Source of the DNA: an uncultured Candidatus Rokubacteria bacterium
GTDB lineage: Bacteria; Methylomirabilota; Methylomirabilia; Rokubacteriales; DASRDR01
DNA length: 64,000 nt
Direction: 5' to 3'
NCBI GenBank assembly: GCA_963826115.1
Contig: CAWGVS010000005.1
Coordinates: forward strand, 1,856,001-1,920,000
Part shown: one piece after another, positions 41,915 to 49,049 of the stretch
Numbering within the stretch: position 1 is the stretch's first letter
How the letters are laid out: the number at the start of each line of letters is the position of its first letter
Notes under the pieces: model-generated
Seen by the model: only the letters and a program-made list of their open reading frames with translations
Database searches by the model: none
What the model was told of the DNA's origin: nothing
Program-made: the position numbers and the translations under genes

Positions 41915-42663
41915 GGCGCGGCGACCCGATCGCCCTGCTGACGAAGCACTTCTTCCATGATCACCTGATTCAGATGGTCCACCAGGGCGTGGCGGTCGCG
42001 CCCTGCGTCGTTCCGGACGAGCTCCCGCACGCGAGCCGGGCGCGCGGACATCAGAACGAGCATGGTGCCGATCGACACGGCTTCCTCGATGGCGTGGGTC
42101 ACGAACACGATGGTCTTCCCCGTCTCTGCCCAGATGCGTCGGATCTCGGCCTGCATGATCCGCCGGTTCTGCGCGTCCAGCGAGCCGAACGGCTCGTCCA
42201 TGAGCAGGAGCTCCGGCTCGATCGCAAGCGCGCGGGCAATGGCGGCCCGCTGTCGCATCCCGCCGGAGACCCGATTCGGATAGTAGCCCTCGAAGCCCGT
42301 GAGGCCCACGAACCGGAGGTAGCGGTGGGCGGCCTCCCGGCGGGCGGCCGGGTCGACCCCGCGCGCCTTGAGCACGAGGGCGACGTTGTCGGCCAGCGTC
42401 ATCCACGGCAACAGCCGGTCCTCCTGGAAGACGACCCCGACGTGGAGGTCGTTGACGCCGCCGTAGGCGATCGGCCGGCCGTCGACTCTCACCTCGCCCG
42501 TGGTCGGCGGCTCGAGCCCGCCCAGGATTCTGAGGAGCGTCGTCTTGCCGCACCCGTTCGGGCCGAGCAGGCACACGAACTCACCCTTCTCGGCCTGGAG
42601 CGAGACCGCCTCCAGGACCGGGATCGAGTACCGCTTCGAGACCTCGCGCACCTCGAGCTTCAT
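41911..42663 (-). CDS. ABC transporter ATP-binding protein, NitT/TauT (SsuB/TauB-like)
   Basis: GPNGCGKTT, VFQEDRLLPW, SGGMRQR, LLMDEPFGSLD, FVTHAIEEA. Confidence 0.95.
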   Translation of the reverse strand: MKLEVREVSKRYSIPVLEAVSLQAEKGEFVCLLGPNGCGKTTLLRILGGLEPPTTGEVRVDGRPIAYGGVNDLHVGVVFQEDRLLPWMTLADNVALVLKARGVDPAARREAAHRYLRFVGLTGFEGYYPNRVSGGMRQRAAIARALAIEPELLLMDEPFGSLDAQNRRIMQAEIRRIWAETGKTIVFVTHAIEEAVSIGTMLVLMSARPARVRELVRNDAGRDRHALVDHLNQVIMEEVLRQQGDRVAAP

Positions 42664-42731
42664 CGGAGGTTCATCGTACCGTACCGGTCGACCCCCGTGG
42701 AGCTTTCGAAAGGGCCGCGGGGGGGGCGGAA

Positions 42732-43511
42732 TCAGCGCCAGCGCTCGAGCCGGCGCGTCAGCGCATCGAACACGAGCTTGTCGGTCACGAGCATGATGGC
42801 GACCATCACCAGCGCCCAGGCGAAGACCATCTGGGTCGCGAGGATCTCTCGGCTGTAGTTCATGACGTAGCCGATGCCGCTGGTCACGCCGAAGATCTCC
42901 GCGACCACCGAGACCTTGAGCGCGAGCCCGAAGCCCACCTTCATGCCCGCGACCAGGTGAGGCACCGTCGACGGGATGACGATCGACCGGAAGCTCTCCC
43001 ACCCCGAGAGACGGTACACCTGGCCCATCTCCAGGAGACGGCGGTCGACGCTCGCGACCCCTTCCACCACGTTGGCCGCCACGACGGGCAGCGTGATCAT
43101 GAACGTGGTGAAGATCGGCGCCATGTTGGTCAGCCCGAACCAGATGAGTGACACGACGATCCACACGAAGACCGAGGTCGAGTTGAGGACCGTCACCACG
43201 TCGGCGACCGCGATCCGCGCCGACCGCCACAGGAAGGAGGCGAGCCCCATCAGGAGCGCGACGACCAGCGCGCTCCCGAAGCCGATCACGATGCGGTAGA
43301 GGGACGCGCCCGCGTGCGTCCACACCTCGCCCGTGCGGATGACGCCCGCCAGGCCCTGCGCCACGGACCAGGGCGACGGCATCACGTACGCCCCGTAGCG
43401 GCGCGCGACTGCCTCCCAGACGACCAGGACGACCGCCAGGACCAGGAACGACGGAAGCCGGAGCCGCTCGCTCCAGCGCGCCGCCGACCCCGGCGAGCTC
43501 AGCCCCGCCAG
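42732..43511 (-). CDS. ABC transporter permease, NitT/TauT (SsuC/TauC-like)
   Basis: VVWE...PSPWSV..., SLYRI, GV.SVD..LLEM, VVAEIFG...GIGY. Start proposed at CTG 43511 after SD GAGGAG. Confidence 0.9.
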   Translation of the reverse strand: MAGLSSPGSAARWSERLRLPSFLVLAVVLVVWEAVARRYGAYVMPSPWSVAQGLAGVIRTGEVWTHAGASLYRIVIGFGSALVVALLMGLASFLWRSARIAVADVVTVLNSTSVFVWIVVSLIWFGLTNMAPIFTTFMITLPVVAANVVEGVASVDRRLLEMGQVYRLSGWESFRSIVIPSTVPHLVAGMKVGFGLALKVSVVAEIFGVTSGIGYVMNYSREILATQMVFAWALVMVAIMLVTDKLVFDALTRRLERWR

Positions 43512-43525
43512 AAGAGCTCCTCGGT

Positions 43526-43613
43526 GGCAGACCGCGAATGCCACGCGGACTTGACGGACATCGGGTCGCAGATCACGGCGAATCGTGGCATGAGACGCAA
43601 CCTCCCCGCAACC
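43526..43613. repeat. Copy A of a spacing-conserved motif (att-arm-like)
   Basis: GGCAGAC-N30-GGGTCG-N5-CACGGCGAATCGTGGCA-N6-GCAACC-N5-GCAACC; matches 45072-45159. Confidence 0.75.
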
Positions 43614-43915
43614 GACCGACCCACGCGTCCGGCCCGCTGGCCCCCAGGGCAAACCGACTTGCCCTCGTGCTCGGCCGGGACCGAGCCTGGAGCAATGACC
43701 CCCGGCCAAGCCCGCCTCCCTCCGACCACCACCCCACTGACCAACCGGACCTCCACGCCGGGCATCGGTCGGGTGCGGACAATCTCGTGAGACTTCACAG
43801 CTAGTTCCCGTCTCGTGGCCGGTGGCGATCGACCATGCCCATTGCCGAATGCCCAGTGGCTGGTAGGCTCGGGCCAGGGAAACGGCCACACCCCCTGGAC
43901 AGTGGCCCCTACCTC

Positions 43916-43944
43916 TTGACACAAGGTGAATGATAGTTCACTAT
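43916..43944 (+). promoter_or_regulatory. Promoter with palindromic operator upstream of the XRE gene
   Basis: TTGACA (43916-43921), 17 nt spacer, CACTAT; GTGAA-N6-TTCAC inverted repeat at 43926-43941. Confidence 0.6.
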
Positions 43945-44149
43945 GGCAACGACACCGAGACAGATGGGCATGCGACTCAAGCGGCTCCGCACGGTGAAGA
44001 AGATGAGTCAGGCGGCCCTGGCGAAGCGGGCCGGGCTGACCCGGGAATACGTGAACAAGCTGGAAGCGGGAAAGCAGGACCCGTCTTTGACCACGATCAA
44101 CGCGCTCGCCAAAGCCCTCGGCGTGCCGGTGACCGCGCTGCTGGAATGA
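43943..44149 (+). CDS. XRE-family helix-turn-helix regulator
   Basis: GMRLKRLR..KKMSQAALAKRAGLTREYVNKLEAGKQDPSLTTINALAKALGV. The true start may be the ATG at 43964 or 43970. Confidence 0.92.
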   Translation: MATTPRQMGMRLKRLRTVKKMSQAALAKRAGLTREYVNKLEAGKQDPSLTTINALAKALGVPVTALLE

Positions 44150-44189
44150 CCTTCATGGCTGGAGTGACTTTCATGTAAGGGAGGCTCTT

Positions 44190-44603
44190 ATGCGTCGGAG
44201 ACGTCAACCTCAGAACTTTCAGCACCGGGCGCCAAGACGGAGTTCAGCGAAGAACGTTACGGCGCCAGTCCCTGTCAACTCGCCCCGCGATGAGCGTCTG
44301 GTGGCGCTCGAGGTCGGTTTGATCCAGGGGACCGTATCCGTGCTCCGGGCCACGGTCCCGCTGGCGTCACTTCTGGTGCATCACCCGCAGACTCTCCATC
44401 GCGCTCGGGCATCGCTCCGCGATGAGTCCTCGCACCACGCGGCCGTCGTCCAGCGCGTCTTGGCGGGAGCCATGGTGTGGCACGTCTACCGAGACGAGGC
44501 TGGTGCGCTCGTGATGTACGACGACTACGCGGCGTATCTCGTAGCCCAGGAACTGGGGCACCAGACAATCGAGGTCGACATTCTCGCGCCGAACGCGGCC
44601 TAG
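44190..44603 (+). CDS. Hypothetical protein with a ParB/Srx-like pattern
   Basis: SD GGGAGG; VPLASL..H...and VYRDEAGALVMYDDYAAYLVAQELGHQTIEVDIL resemble the ParB/Srx fold pattern. Confidence 0.6.
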   Translation: MRRRRQPQNFQHRAPRRSSAKNVTAPVPVNSPRDERLVALEVGLIQGTVSVLRATVPLASLLVHHPQTLHRARASLRDESSHHAAVVQRVLAGAMVWHVYRDEAGALVMYDDYAAYLVAQELGHQTIEVDILAPNAA

Positions 44604-44791
44604 ACACGAACACGCCCCCGCGCGGTGTCGGCGCACCGCCGGGGGCTGGCCCACCGCACACCGTTACCCGCCGGCCAGTGGCCGAAGCACATCTGCCGGG
44701 ACGACGGCGGGGCCACCTTCCACGCCCGGCGATTCCGGTCACCAGCCGCCGCCCCCGCGCAATCCGGTCAGGGACTTCTGCGATTGGTGGG

Positions 44792-45048
44792 CTTCCCCAT
44801 GTTGGCCGCCACGACGTGCAGCGTGATCACGAACGTCGTGGAGTCGCGATGCGGCAGAGCGAGGCGCCCGTGCGCTTCCACACCTCGCCGGTGGCGACGA
44901 GGCCGACGAGGCCCCGAGCAACCGATCCCAGGGACGGTGCATGACATAGGCGCCGTAGTGGCGCGAGGCGGCCTCCCACACCACGAGGAGCACCGCCCAG
45001 GACAACCAGCGGCGGGAGCCGGAGCCCGACGCTCCAGCTCCCGCCGCC
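44792..45048 (-). pseudogene. Decayed, internally deleted partial copy of the adjacent ABC permease
   Basis: 44801-44840 matches 43071-43110 at 37/40 nt; 44847-45048 aligns to 43289-43486 with indels (LVVWEAASRHYGAYVM vs LVVWEAVARRYGAYVM). Confidence 0.85.
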
Positions 45049-45071
45049 AGCGCTTACCGGAAGGGCCGTCA

Positions 45072-45159
45072 GGCAGACAGGCGCCGCGCGAACGCGCCGA
45101 ATTTCGGAGGGTCGTGAAGCACGGCGAATCCTGGCACGGCCCGCGACCCGTCTGCAACC
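45072..45159. repeat. Copy B of a spacing-conserved motif (att-arm-like)
   Basis: GGCAGAC-N30-GGGTCG-N5-CACGGCGAATCCTGGCA-N6-GCGACC-N5-GCAACC. Confidence 0.75.
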
Positions 45160-45199
45160 TGGGCGAGCTTGCGGCAGCTTCGCCTGTCCCCCAGCGCGA

Positions 45200-45748
45200 T
45201 CAGAGGTCCTCGAGATATCCGGCCACGACGAACTGCCCCTGGCCGATCCCGGTCCCGCTGCTACGGAACGCGAACACGTGGATCGAGCCCTCGGCGGGGA
45301 TCTTGACGACCTGGCCTACGACGAAAGCGTCCGAGGAAGCCCCCGAGGGGAGGGGGAAGGTGCCATGGGGATGTGCCAGGACGCGGTGAAACACGGACGT
45401 TGTCCCGAAGCCCGTGTTGAGCTCGATCTGGACCTTCTGGCCGACAGGCACCCCGAAGGTTCCCGAGACGTACTCGATGATCAGCCGCTTCCCCTCCGGG
45501 ACTGGGATGTCCCCGTGGCCCCCCGGGCCCGCCTGCGCCAGTCCGTCTTCCCAGAACATGTCGACGGACCCGTGGAAGGGCTGGCGCGCCGGGCGCACCG
45601 GAACCGGGCTCTCCGTCGGGTTCACGACGATGACCTCGCGGGGCGGCGGGGCGGCGGCGCTCCCGCCAGGCCCGAGGGCGGGCGCGAAACCGGCGAGCAC
45701 CAGGACCACAGTTAGGGCGCGGACGAGCCTTGACGACGATCCGTTCAT
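45200..45748 (-). CDS. Putative secreted protein of unknown function
   Basis: SD GGGAGGT; Sec-like signal (RLVRALTVVLVLAGFAPA...SAAA); VVNPTESPVPV, PEGKRLIIEYVSG, ends VAGYLEDL. Confidence 0.8.
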   Translation of the reverse strand: MNGSSSRLVRALTVVLVLAGFAPALGPGGSAAAPPPREVIVVNPTESPVPVRPARQPFHGSVDMFWEDGLAQAGPGGHGDIPVPEGKRLIIEYVSGTFGVPVGQKVQIELNTGFGTTSVFHRVLAHPHGTFPLPSGASSDAFVVGQVVKIPAEGSIHVFAFRSSGTGIGQGQFVVAGYLEDL

Positions 45749-45923
45749 CGCGGACCTCCCTGTTCTGCGCGTTGCGGAACACCGACACCGCGCAGCCTGT
45801 CGTGCATGCTCCCCGGCAACGAGGAGCGGGGCCACACGGGCTGCGCAGCCGCGGGCCCGGTCCACTCCGAGCAAGGCCCGCCCCTTCGGCCGGCCCACGG
45901 AGCTCGGCGACGGGAGGACTAGC

Positions 45924-46943
45924 TCAGGCGGGCCGCCAGAAGAACTCCTTCTTGATGCGGTCCGGGCTGTCCCAGACGTCCGACTTCAGGAAGCCGGTCT
46001 CCTTGATGAGCTTGAGCTGGACCACCAGGGTGTCGATCTGCTCGTCGGACAGGCCGTGCATCATCTGGACCGTCTGTCCGTGCGCGTATTCCACGACCGG
46101 GCGCGGCATCTTCGTGATCTCGGTCGCGATGTCGATCGCCTTCGCCTTGTTCCCGTTCCAGATCTCGACTGCCTCGCGCTGGGCGTCGTTCAGATCCCGG
46201 GGGAAGGTCGGGTGCTTCTCGATGAAGCTCGGGTTCACCACGTAGCACACGTGCACCGGGTAACCCGTGGCACGGCCGGTGGCCTTGCGCCACAGGTCGA
46301 TCTGCTTGGCGACGTACACGCCGTCGCCGCGCTGGACGATGAGGTCGGACACCGGCTGCCACGCGATCACCGCGTCGACGTCCTTCTTCGCGAGCATGGT
46401 CGCCATGTCCGGCGGCGCCTGGGCGGTGATGAGCTGGGTGTCCTTCTGCACGTCGAGCCCGTAGCCCTTGAGCGTCAGGGACCGGATGTCCAGGAAGGTC
46501 GTCGTCCCGACCACCGCCGCGATCTTGCGACCCTTCAGGTCCTCGACCTTGGCGATGCCCGAGTCCTTCCCGGCGACGATCGCCCCCAGCACGGCCGTCG
46601 CCACGCCGGTGACCTTCACGGGAACCCCGTCCTCGAACATCTTCGCCGAGAGCGCGAACGACATGTCGATCGCGTCGACGTGACCGGCAGCGAACGTGTT
46701 GACGAGGCCGGCCGGCGAGCCCGGCACGACACTGTACTCCGCCTGCCAGCCGCGCTTCCCGAGGAGGTCCTCCTTGTGGACGATCTCGCACGCCGCCCAT
46801 CCGAGCTGGAGGTATGCGAAGCGGACCTTGCCCTTGCCCTGCGCCGCGGCGCGGCGCGCGGCGAAGCCGGCCAGCGCGGCGCCGGCCGCCACGCCGGACC
46901 GCAGGAAGTCTCGACGTCTCACCTGCCCTGCCTCAGGTCGCAT
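45924..46943 (-). CDS. ABC substrate-binding protein, NitT/TauT family, Tat signal
   Basis: RRRDFLR twin-arginine signal; SGIAKVEDLKGRKIA, GTTT, DVDAVIAWQP. Confidence 0.92.
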   Translation of the reverse strand: MRPEAGQVRRRDFLRSGVAAGAALAGFAARRAAAQGKGKVRFAYLQLGWAACEIVHKEDLLGKRGWQAEYSVVPGSPAGLVNTFAAGHVDAIDMSFALSAKMFEDGVPVKVTGVATAVLGAIVAGKDSGIAKVEDLKGRKIAAVVGTTTFLDIRSLTLKGYGLDVQKDTQLITAQAPPDMATMLAKKDVDAVIAWQPVSDLIVQRGDGVYVAKQIDLWRKATGRATGYPVHVCYVVNPSFIEKHPTFPRDLNDAQREAVEIWNGNKAKAIDIATEITKMPRPVVEYAHGQTVQMMHGLSDEQIDTLVVQLKLIKETGFLKSDVWDSPDRIKKEFFWRPA

Positions 46944-49029
46944 CGCTCGCCCTCCCTGACTCCGGATTCTCGGGATTCACCAGCACGAGCGCGTCCACGG
47001 CCACCAGCCGGCCGCCCGACGCGATCAGGGGATTCAGGTCTAGCTCCGCTACCTCCGGATGATCCAGCAAGAGGTCACCGACGCGGGTCACGATGTCCGC
47101 CAGCGCGCCCTCGTCCACCGCCGGCGCCCCCCGGTACCCCTCGAGGAGCGCCGCTCGCCGGCCCTCGCGCACCATCGCGCGCGCGTCCTCGGGCGCGAGC
47201 GGCGCGAGCCCGACCGACACGTCGCGGAGCAGCTCGGCCAGCACGCCGCCGAGACCCACCAGCACCACGGGCCCGAAGGTCGGGTCCCGCCGACCTCCCA
47301 CGAGGAGCTCGAGGCCCTGCCGTACTTCCTCCTGCACCAGGAGGGGCCCGGGACCGACGCGGGCCTCGAGGGCGCGCACGGCCCGCGTCAGCGCAGCACC
47401 GTCCCCGACGCCCAGCACGACCCCGCCTCGATCGCTCCGGTGAAGCACGTCGGCGCGCGCCGTCTTGACGACCAGAGGGTAGCCGATCTCCCCGGCGGCC
47501 GACAGGGCCTCGTCCGCCGTGGCGACGATCCGCTCGCGCGGGAACGGCACTCCGTAGGCTTCGAGGAGCAGGCGGGCCTCCTCATGCTCGAGAGGGCCGT
47601 GGGCGGCGCCGAGGCGCACGATCAGGCCCGCGGGCAGAACCGGCGCGTGCCGGCCGGCGGGCATCACGTCCGCGCCCCGCTGGAGCTCGCTGCGTCGGAC
47701 GAGCGCCCGGTACGCCCGCACGGCGCGCTCGGGGCCCGGCACGAGGGGGATCCCGGCCGCGCGGAGACGCGCGTCCATCTCCCGGGTGTCCACCGTGAAC
47801 GCGACGACAGGCTTTCCCGTGGCGGCCTGGGCCGTCACGAGCGCGTCCGCGTACGCGGGGCGGTCCAGGCCGACGTCGATCGCGACGGCGCCCGAGATCT
47901 CGGGCGCCTCGAGGACGAGGCGCACGCTCGGCTCGAAGCCGGCCGGCTCGATCTGGGGCGTCATGTCGACGGGATTTCCGTCGGCGCCGAAGTCCGGCAG
48001 CTGGGCCCGGAGCGCCCGCCGCCGCTCCTCGGACAGGGCCGGCACGCGGAGCCCCGCCGCCTCCGCGGCGTCGGCGGCGACCACCGAGGGTCCGCCCGAG
48101 ATCGTGAGGATCGCGATCGACCGGTCGCGCGGCAGACGCGTCGCGTGGGCCTCGAGCGTCACCATCGCGTCGAACAGCTCCTCGGTCTCGTCGACGGCGA
48201 CGACGCCGGCGGACGCGAACGCGGCGCGGTAGGTCTCCCACGCGCCGGCGAGCGAGCCCGTGTGAGAGCCCACGGCCCGCCGCCCCGCCTCCGCCCGTCC
48301 GCCCTTCAGCGCGACGACCGGCTTCGCCCGGGCGAGGCGACGTGCCGCGGCCACGAACGCCCGACCGTCGCGGATTCCCTCGACGAAGAGTCCCACGACC
48401 CGCGTGTCGGGATCGTCGGCGAGCCATCCGAGGCAGTCCGCGAACCCGAGGTCGGACTGGTTGCCGATCGAGAGGAACTTGGCGACCCCGAGCGAGCGCG
48501 CGCGCACCTCGCGGAAGAAGAGCCCGCCGTAGGCGCCGCTCTGCGACACGAAGGAGATGCCGCCCGGCTGCGCGGGCACGTCCCAGAAGTAGGAGGCATT
48601 GAGCCTCCCGGGGACGTTCACGACTCCCATGCAGTTCGGGCCGACGACGCGCATCCCGCTCGTCCGGGCGATCGCCTCGATCTCGTCCTGGACGGCCCGC
48701 CCGGCGCGTCCCGTCTCCCCGAACCCCGAGGAGAGAACCACGCACATCCGACAGCCCCGCGCGGCCAGCTCGCGCACGGCGGGCAGCACGGCCTTCGCGG
48801 GCAGGCTGACGAGCGCCAGGTCCAGCCCGCGCGGGAGGTCCTCGACGCGCGTCACGGAGGGGCGGCCGAGGATGGGCTCGCCGCTCGGGTTGACGGGGAA
48901 CACCTCGCCCGGGAAACCCGGAGCAACGAGGTTCTGGACGAGCCGGTGGCCGAGCTTCGCCGGGTTCCGCGAGGCCCCGAGGACCGCCACCCCGCGCGGG
49001 GCGAAGAGCGGCGCGAGATCGACGGTCAC
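46933..49029 (-). CDS. ADP-forming acyl-CoA synthetase / acetate--CoA ligase family (CoA-binding plus ATP-grasp)
   Basis: FAPRGVAVLGAS, GPNCMG, VSQSGA, phospho-His motif SHTGSLAG, GNPVD, GYPLVVK, RDPTFGPVV.VGLGG, ELDLNP. Confidence 0.93.
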   Translation of the reverse strand: MTVDLAPLFAPRGVAVLGASRNPAKLGHRLVQNLVAPGFPGEVFPVNPSGEPILGRPSVTRVEDLPRGLDLALVSLPAKAVLPAVRELAARGCRMCVVLSSGFGETGRAGRAVQDEIEAIARTSGMRVVGPNCMGVVNVPGRLNASYFWDVPAQPGGISFVSQSGAYGGLFFREVRARSLGVAKFLSIGNQSDLGFADCLGWLADDPDTRVVGLFVEGIRDGRAFVAAARRLARAKPVVALKGGRAEAGRRAVGSHTGSLAGAWETYRAAFASAGVVAVDETEELFDAMVTLEAHATRLPRDRSIAILTISGGPSVVAADAAEAAGLRVPALSEERRRALRAQLPDFGADGNPVDMTPQIEPAGFEPSVRLVLEAPEISGAVAIDVGLDRPAYADALVTAQAATGKPVVAFTVDTREMDARLRAAGIPLVPGPERAVRAYRALVRRSELQRGADVMPAGRHAPVLPAGLIVRLGAAHGPLEHEEARLLLEAYGVPFPRERIVATADEALSAAGEIGYPLVVKTARADVLHRSDRGGVVLGVGDGAALTRAVRALEARVGPGPLLVQEEVRQGLELLVGGRRDPTFGPVVLVGLGGVLAELLRDVSVGLAPLAPEDARAMVREGRRAALLEGYRGAPAVDEGALADIVTRVGDLLLDHPEVAELDLNPLIASGGRLVAVDALVLVNPENPESGRASDAT

Positions 49030-49049
49030 CGGATTCTCGCGTCGCGCCG

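Larger units (their letters stand above)
43496..45949. mobile_element. 2.4 kb integrase-less islet inserted at the binding-protein/permease junction
   Basis: Imperfect direct repeats at 43496-43521 and 45921-45949; internal repeated motif, decayed permease copy, visibly lower-GC XRE module. Confidence 0.65.

Noticed and set aside
43512-43922. 137-codon N-terminal extension of the permease ORF in the track
   Set aside because: It lies in islet sequence upstream of the SD and CTG and does not look like a permease; treated as a chance open frame.
43499-43924. Minus-strand ORF crossing the islet boundary and ending in EELFWRG
   Set aside because: It runs through the repeat motif and borrows the duplicated stop, with no recognisable domain. 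It is probably spurious, although a small remnant near 43650-43797 cannot be excluded.
44610-44790. Unassigned stretch inside the islet (one frame reads PKHICRDDGGATFHAR)
   Set aside because: No start, SD or recognisable family; possibly a gene fragment, but this cannot be supported from the sequence alone.
43496-45949. Interpreting the islet repeats as a CRISPR array, integron attC array or IS ends
   Set aside because: There are only two copies, 1.5 kb apart, with no regular spacers, no convincing attC palindrome, no terminal inverted repeats, and no cas, intI or transposase gene in the window.
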